Shown: positions 37,309 to 46,440, counted from the stretch's first letter. The stretch: DNA of 64,000 nt from Candidatus Kuenenia stuttgartensis (GCA_945897965.1 CAMDHK010000001.1:16231-80230); one strand, 5' to 3'. A program made the numbers and translations. Notes: a model not told the origin generated them from the letters alone.

Positions 37309-39984
37309 TTACCTAAACAAACTACTGGAAGCTTCACGAACCTGAACTTTTGTTTGCGAACTAAACTGCCCACTCGCAACCTTTAATGAATAAACCCCTG
37401 CCTTTGAGGCACTAACCTTCCACGAAACCTGCGACATCTGGGTTGCTCTATCTACCTCAACAATTGCTTTTTCTTTTGTTTCACCCGATGCAAGGTTAAC
37501 GCCCTCAGGCAATGTGATCATAACGGGCTGCCCCTTGGTAGCATCTTTAACCAAAGCGGTAAGGGTGAAAGTTTTACCTGCGTTAGTATTACCACCGGTG
37601 GTTACAGAAAGTTTGCCGCCCGAACTACCATCGGGTTTTGAAATTTCTCCTAAACCATAGCTAAAGGCGAATTCCCTTACTTCACCAGGATTGGTGTCTC
37701 GCTCGTTCCAATAAAGAAAAGCGACGGAATCGGTAAAGCGAGAGCCATCTTTACCTTTTTTGGGTGCTAATTCAGAGGGGTCTGCGTCAAAGGAAAACTC
37801 TGTATTTCCGGGATTTTCACCCAAATAGAGTTTATACAAGGGCTCAGGCTCGCAATCGGGGAGTTGAAAGCCCTTCAAACCAAGATGGGCAATTACACCT
37901 GGAGCATCAAGATTTTGAAACTGCATTGCCTCAATAAAATCGGGCATATCTTTCTGGGTAAACTCGGTAAACTTCGTGACAAACCCATCGGTTCCTGGAA
38001 CAACAAATGGAACCCCATCTTCGCCACCAATAAATGTATCAAGCATCATTCTCAGACCAATTTTATGACTGTTTTTACCTTTGTTTTCAACTGTATAACG
38101 AATAACACACGTATCCAAATTACCTGATTGACTACCGGGGACAATTTGCACAAATTGTGAAACCTTGATCCTTTCACCCGCCAATAGATAATCACAAGAA
38201 ACACGCCAAACTCGCCTTTTGGAGTCTTCTTTGTCTTCTGTAACTCGAACCTCTTTCATTGCATGAGCAAACAAAAAATCACGACCATCAATTTTAATTC
38301 GGGTGTTATTTGAATCACCCTCCTGATCATAGGTAAGTCTAAGATTTTTGGAAGCATCTTTGGGGTCCTTTTTATCAGCAGCAAAAAGGCCGAAACGATA
38401 ATTCCTAGATTTTGCTTTATGGCTAAAGTCCAGCATCAATTCAGCTTTTTTATCAAGGTCGAACGAATAACCAAAAGAATTTTGTGCACTCTCATTTTTC
38501 GCTCCACCTGATCCCCCTTCAGTCTTACCACCCACCCCAACACCGACTGCATCCGCTATCAACAATATAACCATCAAAGAAACCAAACCCGCAAAGGGCA
38601 CAAAATGAATCAAGGGGATCGAAGAATTAGGCCCTTTGGTATTCTTTCTTAATTTTGGGTCAACCTTGATGGTGCTATCAGTTTCAGGAATATCGGTTGG
38701 GGGCGGGGCATTAGGAACAAAAACAGGCTGCTTAGTAAAAACCAACTCAGGTAATGGTTCGGACCTTGGAGCCACATACTTTCCAGAAACCTGAACATTG
38801 ACCTGAACCAGAAACTTCTGATTACCATTAGAAGTGACTGCAATTTTTGAAACCAACAACTCACCGGGTCTATCAGGAATCTGAGGAATAACAAATCCAA
38901 GAATTGCACTGCTACCCGTCAACTTGGGGTCTTTCGCAGTAATCCATGATTGATCTGCAAACCCATGAGCGAAAACAGGCCTCTTATCTTCGGTGCCAAC
39001 AGTCAATTCAAATGCGAGTTCCTGCCCAGGAGCACCGTTAAGATTGACCACCGTTTGATTAATAAAAGTTTTGGGCGGTGGTGTAAGACCCAACGCTTCA
39101 AAAAACTGCTGAATGGCTCCTACTCCTGATGCGCTTGGCCCTTGCACAGGATAAGACCAGCCATTGCTTTCGTACCACTTGGCAACAGAGCCGTTTTCAA
39201 AAAGAATGGCAGCTTCTTTAGCATTGGCTTTAGCTTTAGAAGCTATTTGTCTTGGGTTGAGAGCCCCAGAAAGCGGCATAAGTTGGAATGGGGTGACAGG
39301 CACTTCGGCCCGAATTAACACCACCGAACTTCCACCAGAAGAGTCAATTTTTAATTTGGCAACAAGCGGCTTATCCGATGCGCGTAATTTTTCAGGAACA
39401 ATCCGAAGAGGGACAGTTAATTCACCAGTGGTTTGAAAATTCTTAACCGAAGCATTACCAGTTTCCCCGATGGCAAGCCAATTGCTATCCGAAGTGATTG
39501 AACCAAAAAGAAGGCGCATACCCCCGTTTTCAATCGTAATTTTAATTTCCCGCTTGGCTGTTCTGCTTAGAACCCCAAGATTGATTTCCTGAGAAGAAAG
39601 ATTAAGCCTTGCTTCAGATAACACAGAAGAAGGAAACTTCCCTAGGAGTTCATCTAAACCACGAGAGGAGTCAGGAAACTTCGCAGCTTCCTTTGCAGCC
39701 ATCGACAAATCGATACGACCAATGCTTGCAAGAAAAGATTCAAGGAACCCTTGTTTCAACATGTCAGCAGCGGGCTTTGATTCTTCATGACAGGCAATGG
39801 CAAGGTCGTCAAAATTAAGGCAGGAACGACCACTCATAAAAACGAATGGACTTGGGAATCTAAGGCTATTAATTGCGAGAGGGCCCGTTCCAGCATCAGC
39901 ACCGCCTAGAACAAAGCCATCAAAATAGCAGTAAACAGCTTCTTGGGGATTAACTCTGGAACACTTGGGGCAAGTCATCATCAT
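37309..39984 (-). CDS. 891-aa single-pass membrane protein of unknown function with an N-terminal zinc-ribbon-like motif
   Basis: N-terminus MMMTCPKCSRVNPQEAVYCYFDG. Two beta-sandwich-looking segments follow (INLGVL..REIKITIENGGMRLLFGSITSDSNWLAI; VVNLNGAPGQELAFELTV ... FLVQVNVQVSG). One TM span lies near residues 456-486 (IPLIHFVPFAGLVSLMVILLIADAVGVGVGG). The ~400-aa beta-rich C-terminal domain is one I do not recognise. Confidence 0.75.
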   Translation of the reverse strand: MMMTCPKCSRVNPQEAVYCYFDGFVLGGADAGTGPLAINSLRFPSPFVFMSGRSCLNFDDLAIACHEESKPAADMLKQGFLESFLASIGRIDLSMAAKEAAKFPDSSRGLDELLGKFPSSVLSEARLNLSSQEINLGVLSRTAKREIKITIENGGMRLLFGSITSDSNWLAIGETGNASVKNFQTTGELTVPLRIVPEKLRASDKPLVAKLKIDSSGGSSVVLIRAEVPVTPFQLMPLSGALNPRQIASKAKANAKEAAILFENGSVAKWYESNGWSYPVQGPSASGVGAIQQFFEALGLTPPPKTFINQTVVNLNGAPGQELAFELTVGTEDKRPVFAHGFADQSWITAKDPKLTGSSAILGFVIPQIPDRPGELLVSKIAVTSNGNQKFLVQVNVQVSGKYVAPRSEPLPELVFTKQPVFVPNAPPPTDIPETDSTIKVDPKLRKNTKGPNSSIPLIHFVPFAGLVSLMVILLIADAVGVGVGGKTEGGSGGAKNESAQNSFGYSFDLDKKAELMLDFSHKAKSRNYRFGLFAADKKDPKDASKNLRLTYDQEGDSNNTRIKIDGRDFLFAHAMKEVRVTEDKEDSKRRVWRVSCDYLLAGERIKVSQFVQIVPGSQSGNLDTCVIRYTVENKGKNSHKIGLRMMLDTFIGGEDGVPFVVPGTDGFVTKFTEFTQKDMPDFIEAMQFQNLDAPGVIAHLGLKGFQLPDCEPEPLYKLYLGENPGNTEFSFDADPSELAPKKGKDGSRFTDSVAFLYWNERDTNPGEVREFAFSYGLGEISKPDGSSGGKLSVTTGGNTNAGKTFTLTALVKDATKGQPVMITLPEGVNLASGETKEKAIVEVDRATQMSQVSWKVSASKAGVYSLKVASGQFSSQTKVQVREASSSLFR

Positions 39985-40020
39985 GATTACTATTACTCAC
40001 ACAATCCAAGTTAGAGATTC

Positions 40021-40056
40021 AAAAAAAAAGCGCAGCCGTTATTTATCGAACTGCGC
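40021..40056 (-). terminator. weak intrinsic terminator/attenuator inside the signalling cluster
   Basis: On the minus strand the stem GCGCAG/CTGCGC (15-nt loop) is followed by T9. It lies 28 nt after the stop of the zinc-ribbon-FHA gene and 36 nt before the start of the 891-aa gene. Confidence 0.35.
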
Positions 40057-40083
40057 CAAGACATCAACTTTGAAGGCGCACTA

Positions 40084-40818
40084 TTAAAGCATAACCTTCA
40101 TTTGAATATTACCAATTTGCACCATATCGTTAGCCTTGAGTGGCATCTTTTGTCCGGGGTAAATCTTATTTCGGTTTAAGAAAGTACCGTTTGAACTATT
40201 AAGATCTTCGATGGTTATTTTGTTATCTTCGAACTCAATAACAGCGTGCTGCCTACTTGCCCAAACCCGTTCTGGGTTTTCTTGATCTTCAAGGTCGATA
40301 TCAACAGGCTTGTCGTCTGCTCTACCGATAAAGTTGAGGCCACCAAGAATTGGAAATTCAACCTTGGGTTTCTGGCCACGCACCACATACAATCGAGGAT
40401 TCGCAGAATCCGACACAAAGTAAGGGTCATCGGAAACAGGCGGGGCGACTGGGGCCGCAGCAATTGGGGCAGGGGCAACTTCTGCAGCAATTGGGGTCGG
40501 TATCGCTTCAGCAATTGGGGGCGGGGCAACTTCTTCAGCAATAGGCTCTGGCATCGCTTCAGCAACAGGCAAGGGTGGCATCTCTTCTATAGCCATCTCA
40601 GCCATTGGGAAAGAAGGAACTTCTTCGGCGATCTCAATTGCATCCGCCATGGCAAAAGGGATAGCTTCCTCAATTACTTCAGCAACAGGAAGAGGCGGGG
40701 CCTCAGCAGCAACAGGAACTGCAGGAGCAGAATCCACCCCTGTGAGATCAGACTTACACTGCTCACAAAAAAGGGCACCGTCTTCATTTTCAAAATGGCA
40801 AAAAGGACATACGATCAT
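40084..40818 (-). CDS. zinc-ribbon / Pro-Ala-Glu repeat linker / FHA domain protein
   Basis: N-terminus CPFC-x10-CEQC. A ~100-aa P-[IVMF]-A-[EA] repeat region follows. The C-terminal FHA core reads NFIGRADDKPVDIDL ... ASRQHAVIEF ... ITIEDLNSSNGTFLNRNKI. Confidence 0.85.
   Translation of the reverse strand: MIVCPFCHFENEDGALFCEQCKSDLTGVDSAPAVPVAAEAPPLPVAEVIEEAIPFAMADAIEIAEEVPSFPMAEMAIEEMPPLPVAEAMPEPIAEEVAPPPIAEAIPTPIAAEVAPAPIAAAPVAPPVSDDPYFVSDSANPRLYVVRGQKPKVEFPILGGLNFIGRADDKPVDIDLEDQENPERVWASRQHAVIEFEDNKITIEDLNSSNGTFLNRNKIYPGQKMPLKANDMVQIGNIQMKVML
40435..40728. repeat. degenerate ~30-nt coding tandem repeat (P-x-A-E decapeptides)
   Basis: The GCTTCAGCAA(T/C)(T/A)GG(G/C) type unit recurs about every 30 nt. 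It encodes PLPVAEVIEE / IPFAMADAIE / PSFPMAEMAIEE / PLPVAEAMPE / PIAEEVAPP / PIAEAIPT / PIAAEVAPA / PIAAAPVAP. It also generates long spurious ORFs in other frames. Confidence 0.8.
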
Positions 40819-40910
40819 CGAAATACCTCTCTTAAACTCTACTTAAAACTGACTACTAAATTCCTATTCCAAAGCGGCATCTTGCCTGTTAATAACGCCA
40901 GATAAACAAA

Positions 40911-42209
40911 TTACTCATCAGCAGCACGGGCAGCATCATCCACTGCCAACTGAGTCTTTTTCGAAACTTTACCGCCTTGATTAATTTCAGCAAGCACCTG
41001 CTTGGCAAGCATTGTTTTCTTTACCGCCCTAGCACCCATGACTTCGCCTTTTTTCTCAATACTTTGAGCAACTCGAACTGCTTCTTGAGTATTACCAGTG
41101 GAAATGGCATTTTGCAGGTTCTTGTTTAATTCGAAAATCTGAACTTCATCAATATGCTTTGCAACTTCAGCGTTAATATAACCATTACCTGCGGCGGTAT
41201 ATGACATTTCAATCGGAATCAAACCACTAGATTCTTTGACACCTGACCCTGTATCAAAAGTTATTTCAACATCAAGAAGCTTAAACTTTCCATCAGGCCG
41301 TTTAGGAAGGCTAAGGTCAAGAATGTAACGGGAAGTCTTATCTTTTTCCAAGGTGCCAAGTTGTGCAACTGAATGCCGATCTTCAACTTCCACCAAAGAC
41401 AAATCTTTAATTTCAGGCACAACCATGCGAACTCGCCTGATTTTAATATCTTTCATGAGACGAAAATGAATCTGCACATCCCGGAAACCTACCGCAGCAA
41501 GGCTTTGAAACTCGCTAGCAAAAACTTTCTGAGCAGAATCAACCTGATTAACATCAATGTAATGCCATTTGCCATTTGATAGCGACGCAAGATCTTTGAT
41601 AAGGCCTGAATTCCACTCGGTACCAACACCAATTACACTAAAATTGATTTTCTTTTCAGCAGCAGCTTTAGCGTATTCTTTGCACAACTGCTCGCCTGAT
41701 GTTTCGCCATCGGTAAGAACAACCAAATGCGAGATATTTCCGGTGCCCGTGCTTTTCTGAAGTTCAGAAAGGGCTAATTCGATACCTTGATCCATCGAGG
41801 TGCCGCCCGCATCCACGTTGAACATGTCAATCCGCATGATGACATCAATAATTTTATCTTTTTGAGAAACCAAGGTGGTAGGCAATACTAGTTCAGCATT
41901 ATTTGCAAATGCAACAATGGCAATCGAATCATTTGGCCTTAAGAAATTCAAAGCAGAACAAGCGGCTTCTTGAACTCTGCTAATACGGCTTTTGCCTGTA
42001 CCATCTTCTTCATACATTGAACCTGAAACATCCAAAACCATGGCCATGTTGATGCCGATTGAAGCCCCGCCGCCACCAACTGCTGGAATCAATTTCAATA
42101 GCGCATAACTAGCAATTGATTCACCAGCAACTGCGATGCTATTCCGGTGCATCATTCTTTCAACATGAATTTTAGCTTTGGAGATTGCTTGGCTCATTGA
42201 TAACTTCAA
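40911..42209 (-). CDS. von Willebrand factor type A (vWA) domain protein
   Basis: MIDAS motif MVLDVSGSM, plus GGTSMDQG and VVLTDGETSG. A ~200-aa C-terminal extension follows. It is the first gene of the cluster. Confidence 0.85.
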   Translation of the reverse strand: MKLSMSQAISKAKIHVERMMHRNSIAVAGESIASYALLKLIPAVGGGGASIGINMAMVLDVSGSMYEEDGTGKSRISRVQEAACSALNFLRPNDSIAIVAFANNAELVLPTTLVSQKDKIIDVIMRIDMFNVDAGGTSMDQGIELALSELQKSTGTGNISHLVVLTDGETSGEQLCKEYAKAAAEKKINFSVIGVGTEWNSGLIKDLASLSNGKWHYIDVNQVDSAQKVFASEFQSLAAVGFRDVQIHFRLMKDIKIRRVRMVVPEIKDLSLVEVEDRHSVAQLGTLEKDKTSRYILDLSLPKRPDGKFKLLDVEITFDTGSGVKESSGLIPIEMSYTAAGNGYINAEVAKHIDEVQIFELNKNLQNAISTGNTQEAVRVAQSIEKKGEVMGARAVKKTMLAKQVLAEINQGGKVSKKTQLAVDDAARAADE

Positions 42210-42495
42210 CCTAATTAAATTCTGTTAAAACCACAATTAATGCATTAGAATTATCTTATGCCAGCGCTTTAACCAATACAACAAAGAAACTTCTTCATTT
42301 CTTCAGTTTTTTAAGAGCGGAATGCACTTATCATCATCACCCGCAAGCAAGACTTAAATCACTACCTATCAACCAGCATTTCCCTAACACACATTAATCA
42401 AAAACCTTATCTCATATACAGCGAATTTGAATTTGCAATTTAATGGCTCTCCAGATGACAGAGACCGGCACTAAACACGAATCAGCCCTAATTAT

Positions 42496-43644
42496 TTAAC
42501 TTTGGCTAAGCGCAACGCCATCAATAATCACACGATTAATCCGGAACGGTACATCCTTGTTGGAATCAAACAAGATCAAATTCGCCATGCTGCCTGCCTC
42601 AATTTTAATCTCTGGCAACTGAAGCAACCTTCTGGGCGCATTGGTTGCCATTTCGATTGCCTGACTTCTTGAAACAACCCCAAGAGAAATTAAATGAGCC
42701 ACACAATCATCAGTGAAAGAGCCTGAGCCCGCCAGAAAAGGTGTTCCGGGCACCACAACTTTTCCGCTTGATAATATTTCAATTTCCTGATCCCACATCG
42801 AATACTTTCCAGGAGGAAGCCCGGCAAGCCCACTGGCATCGCATGTAATTATTTGTTTTTCGAATGGCTTGACACGGACTATCGTTTTTATCAGCGCCTC
42901 GGGTAGGTGATGCCCATCAGTAATAATACTTGCAGACAAAGAATCACAACCGAGCTGCTCCCAAAAATAATTTTCATGCCTAGGCAACATGGCATGAGAT
43001 CCATTCCCTAAATGCGTGGAAAGCCGCGCACCCGCTCCAATTGCCTCACGAATAATCATGGGGCTTGCTGCAGTATGTCCAATGGAAACGACGACACCTT
43101 CAAGGTTCATTTTCTTTATAAAATCAATTGCACCCGGAAGCTCTGGCGCAAGTGTAAGTAATTTTATTCGATTGCCAGAGGCCTCCTGATACTCTTTAAA
43201 TTCGTCATAAATTGGATTGCGAACATGTTGTTTCTGATGGGCGCCCCTCGGACCATCTTCATTACTTATATAAGGCCCTTCCAGATGAAAGCAGGGCATG
43301 GCACGGGCAATCACAGGATCACTTTCACATGCTTTTCGAAGGGTACTAAAGCCATGAATCAGAACAGGATGGGAGTTTGTTATAATTGTTGGGCAAATTG
43401 CATCGATACCGTGCCGTTTGCAAACCGAAAGAACCTTTCTGATTCCACTTTCATCTAGGTTGATGTCACTAAAAGCCACACCCATAGCACCATTGATTTG
43501 CAAATCAAAAAACGCAGGAGCAATATATGAGCCCTGGTAATCAGGGACAAAGTTTCCTGCTTGTTCCACAGAAACAATTTTGCCATTGTTGCAACGTACA
43601 TCAACCATCTGTTCGGTTTGATAATGCTTTGCCCGAAAAATCAT
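42496..43644 (-). CDS. nagA: N-acetylglucosamine-6-phosphate deacetylase-like amidohydrolase
   Basis: Metal-dependent amidohydrolase pattern: FDLQINGAMGVAF, SIGHTAAS, THLGNGSH, ITDGHH. Its start overlaps the upstream kinase stop (ATGA). Confidence 0.75.
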   Translation of the reverse strand: MIFRAKHYQTEQMVDVRCNNGKIVSVEQAGNFVPDYQGSYIAPAFFDLQINGAMGVAFSDINLDESGIRKVLSVCKRHGIDAICPTIITNSHPVLIHGFSTLRKACESDPVIARAMPCFHLEGPYISNEDGPRGAHQKQHVRNPIYDEFKEYQEASGNRIKLLTLAPELPGAIDFIKKMNLEGVVVSIGHTAASPMIIREAIGAGARLSTHLGNGSHAMLPRHENYFWEQLGCDSLSASIITDGHHLPEALIKTIVRVKPFEKQIITCDASGLAGLPPGKYSMWDQEIEILSSGKVVVPGTPFLAGSGSFTDDCVAHLISLGVVSRSQAIEMATNAPRRLLQLPEIKIEAGSMANLILFDSNKDVPFRINRVIIDGVALSQS

Positions 43645-45188
43645 TTTTTCCCATCTCCGCCCGTTTGGTATGAGGGTGAAGTTTCATTTTCTTTTTTTGA
43701 GGATGCAAAGATGGCCAAAGCAACGATGCAACCGATTAAAGTAGCGAGGGCACCCAACCCGATTCCTGTTCCCAGAAATAGCAATTCATTTCGAGTGAAT
43801 CGAGATAAGTTAAAAGCTCCAACCGAGGCTGGCTTTGATTTTCTAATGGATTTTTTATACACGGGCTCGGGATTATCAAAAGCAAAATCATCAGCTTCTT
43901 TGGGCATACTAGATACAAATGTAACTGAATAATCGTCCTCAATACCGGGATCGCTTTCAGAATCTTGGCCATCGCTATTATCTGAGGGAGGGTCATAGAG
44001 TATTCCCTCTTCTTTTTTATTTTTAATCTTTTCTTTGAGGGCAGTTTTCGAAGTTTCAAGCCAAGTGAGATATTTTTTAAGCTTGTTTTCGGAATCGGGA
44101 GCAGAAGGTGAGACAAAAGGCCCCGAATTCAAAAAAATCGCAAGTGCTTGAGCACATTTTTCAGGCGTCTGGTAGCGATCTGATGGCTCCTTCGCAAGCA
44201 TTGTATTAATGATCTTATTCAATCCCTCAGGAACCTTGGGATTAAATTGACTAGCAGGCTTTGGAGTTTCAGTTTGATGCCTGATAATTTGGTTAATAAT
44301 ATTGGTATCTGGGAAGGGGGGTTGACCTGTCAACAAGTGATACAGAACACACCCTAGTCCGTAAATATCTGCTCGAATATCAATATTTCGAGCATCCCGG
44401 GCCTGCTCGGGTGCCATGTAATCAGGAGTGCCCAAAATCGCCCCTTCATCGGTCAGGTTCAATGCGGTCACAACCTGATGCAGGGGTTCTTTATTCTTGG
44501 TGAGTTTACCCAAACCCATATCAAGAATTTTTAAAGTTTTATCCATCACCTTAGAAGTAAGAATTGGGCCTGCAAGCATCATATTTGCTGGCTTTAAATC
44601 TCGATGCACAAGCCCATGTTGATAAATACAATCCAGCCCCCGAAGCGCCTGATAAACAATATGGCAGGCTTCATCAGGAGGAACTTTACCACTCCGCTTT
44701 AAAAATTGGTCTAGTGTTTCACCCTCAAGGTAATCCATAACCATGTAATGAACACCGTTGTAAACTCCCGTTTCAAAAGTCCGAACAATATTTGGGTGAA
44801 TCAATTCCATGTTCATCTGAGCTTCACGGTGGAAGCGCATCAGGAAATTTTTTTCACGCGACTTAGATGGAGGCAGCACTTTTAAAGCAACAATTTGGCC
44901 TGTTTCATGCTCTGCTTTGTAAACACCGCCCATGCGGCCCGTTCCAAGCTTTTCCGAAATCTTGTAACTGTTTATAAAATATCCATCTGCATGGCCTTTG
45001 ATTAAAAGCTTAGCTTGGTATTCGGTCACGTACTTTCGGCTCACAAGCCAGTTAGCAAACTTTATCACATCGGATTGTGCAGTTTTCGATTCTTCTTTCC
45101 ATCGATCCAATACGATTTTCGCCTCATCAAGCTTCATCAGCTTGCTTCTCAAGATCAACCCATAAACATTATTAACAGTTAATTCCAT
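43641..45188 (-). CDS. Hanks-type Ser/Thr protein kinase with a C-terminal TM anchor
   Basis: Motifs: GTGRMGGVYKA, VALKVL, HRDLKPANMML, DMGLGK (a DFG variant), GTPDYMAPEQ. A C-terminal hydrophobic span (LLFLGTGIGLGALATLIGCIVALAIFA) is present. Confidence 0.9.
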   Translation of the reverse strand: MELTVNNVYGLILRSKLMKLDEAKIVLDRWKEESKTAQSDVIKFANWLVSRKYVTEYQAKLLIKGHADGYFINSYKISEKLGTGRMGGVYKAEHETGQIVALKVLPPSKSREKNFLMRFHREAQMNMELIHPNIVRTFETGVYNGVHYMVMDYLEGETLDQFLKRSGKVPPDEACHIVYQALRGLDCIYQHGLVHRDLKPANMMLAGPILTSKVMDKTLKILDMGLGKLTKNKEPLHQVVTALNLTDEGAILGTPDYMAPEQARDARNIDIRADIYGLGCVLYHLLTGQPPFPDTNIINQIIRHQTETPKPASQFNPKVPEGLNKIINTMLAKEPSDRYQTPEKCAQALAIFLNSGPFVSPSAPDSENKLKKYLTWLETSKTALKEKIKNKKEEGILYDPPSDNSDGQDSESDPGIEDDYSVTFVSSMPKEADDFAFDNPEPVYKKSIRKSKPASVGAFNLSRFTRNELLFLGTGIGLGALATLIGCIVALAIFASSKKENETSPSYQTGGDGKK

Positions 45189-45238
45189 AATAACCTAAAA
45201 ATTACTTTTCATGATGCTTTAGTATCTATAATACCTAC

Positions 45239-46060
45239 ATGAATTTAGATAGCGATCTTTTATTACTGGCAGAAAATCCAAATGCCAGTATTTGTTTAGA
45301 GACTCTGGCGCTCAGTCTTGCCTTAGATGAATATCCTAACTTGGATATTTCAGCCTACAAGTCTGAAATTGCAGCTTTTTCACATGGATGTAAACTTCCC
45401 GGGGGCACCGACCTTGAAGTTCGGGTTCGAGCCTTTGCCCGGTATTTATCACATGACCTTGGTTTTCATGGCAATAAAAACGATTATTATGACCCCCAAA
45501 ACAGCTACTTAAACCTTGTCATTGATCGTAGATTGGGTATCCCTATTTCTCTTTCAATTCTAGCAATTTGCATTGGAAAAAAGCTTGGACTTAGGCTTTT
45601 TGGCGTAGGACTTCCGGGGCACTTTGTAACCATGGCGTGCGAAGGAAACCATTCTGTTTATTTCGATGTTTTCAATGAGGGAAAAATCCTTTCACAAAGC
45701 GATTGTGAAAGCCTTTCATTTAAAGCCACAGGCGAACAGATCACCCTATCTGAAAATCATTTTTCGCCATTGCCCATGGCTTCGGTCATTATTCGCATGC
45801 TAACCAACCTTAAACTTATTTATTTTCGAAAAAATGATGTCCCAAGATCAATTCGTATTTTGAACAGACTCAGACAAATCGCCCCCAATGACCCATCACA
45901 AATGCGAGATTTAGGCGTGGCACTATTGCAAGCTGGCCACCCTGGCAAAGCTCTCATCAACCTTGAATCTTATACTCAATATGTACCCTCAGCCATCGAT
46001 GACAATGATATTCAAGCTTGGATCAAACAAGCTAGAAAAGATATTTCAAACAGAAACTAA
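45239..46060 (+). CDS. SirB1-like transglutaminase-fold/TPR protein
   Basis: The block NSYLNLVIDRRLGIPISLSILAICIGKKLGLRLFGVGLPGHFV matches the SirB1 (UPF0162) N-terminal family. The C-terminus is TPR-like. Confidence 0.6.
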   Translation: MNLDSDLLLLAENPNASICLETLALSLALDEYPNLDISAYKSEIAAFSHGCKLPGGTDLEVRVRAFARYLSHDLGFHGNKNDYYDPQNSYLNLVIDRRLGIPISLSILAICIGKKLGLRLFGVGLPGHFVTMACEGNHSVYFDVFNEGKILSQSDCESLSFKATGEQITLSENHFSPLPMASVIIRMLTNLKLIYFRKNDVPRSIRILNRLRQIAPNDPSQMRDLGVALLQAGHPGKALINLESYTQYVPSAIDDNDIQAWIKQARKDISNRN

Positions 46061-46074
46061 CAACGGGATTCACT

Positions 46075-46440
46075 ATGATTAAAGCTCTTTTGCTTATAGC
46101 GCACGGCAGCAGGAACAAGGAAGCTAACGAGGATTTGATTCATCTTGCAAAAAGGCTTGTTTCTAGCGAGCTTCAAATCGTTGAGCCATCCTATTTAGAA
46201 CTTGCTGAACCAGAAATTGAAACTGCGGGAGACACTTGCGTTGAAAAAGGCGCACAGTTGGTGATCATGGTGCCTTATTTTCTATCTGCAGGGATCCATG
46301 TTAGAAAAGACCTAATCGAATCTCTCGAACTATTAACTAAAAAGTATCCCGAAGTGCAGTTTAGACTTGCAGGACACCTCGGGCCACATCCCTTGCTTGA
46401 AACAATTATCCGTGAAAGAATCGAAGAGGCTCTTCGTTAA
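46075..46440 (+). CDS. CbiX/SirB-type sirohydrochlorin chelatase (short form)
   Basis: 121 aa. It has LLIAHGSR at the N-terminus and VPYFLSAGIHVRKD, typical of small CbiX chelatases. Confidence 0.7.
   Translation: MIKALLLIAHGSRNKEANEDLIHLAKRLVSSELQIVEPSYLELAEPEIETAGDTCVEKGAQLVIMVPYFLSAGIHVRKDLIESLELLTKKYPEVQFRLAGHLGPHPLLETIIRERIEEALR

Noticed and set aside
40215-40905. Long ORFs on both strands (116 aa minus-strand, 219 aa and 64-65 aa plus-strand) overlapping the zinc-ribbon-FHA gene.
   Set aside because: They are by-products of the ~30-nt coding repeat. Their translations are low-complexity (RGNF, WGRG, QLLQ runs). The frame carrying the zinc ribbon and FHA motifs is clearly the real one.
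42238-42247. Perfect 10-bp palindrome TAATGCATTA about 30 nt upstream of the vWA gene start, as a possible operator.
   Set aside because: Short AT-rich palindromes are expected by chance in AT-rich intergenic DNA. There is no second copy and no cognate regulator nearby, so it is not reported as a feature.
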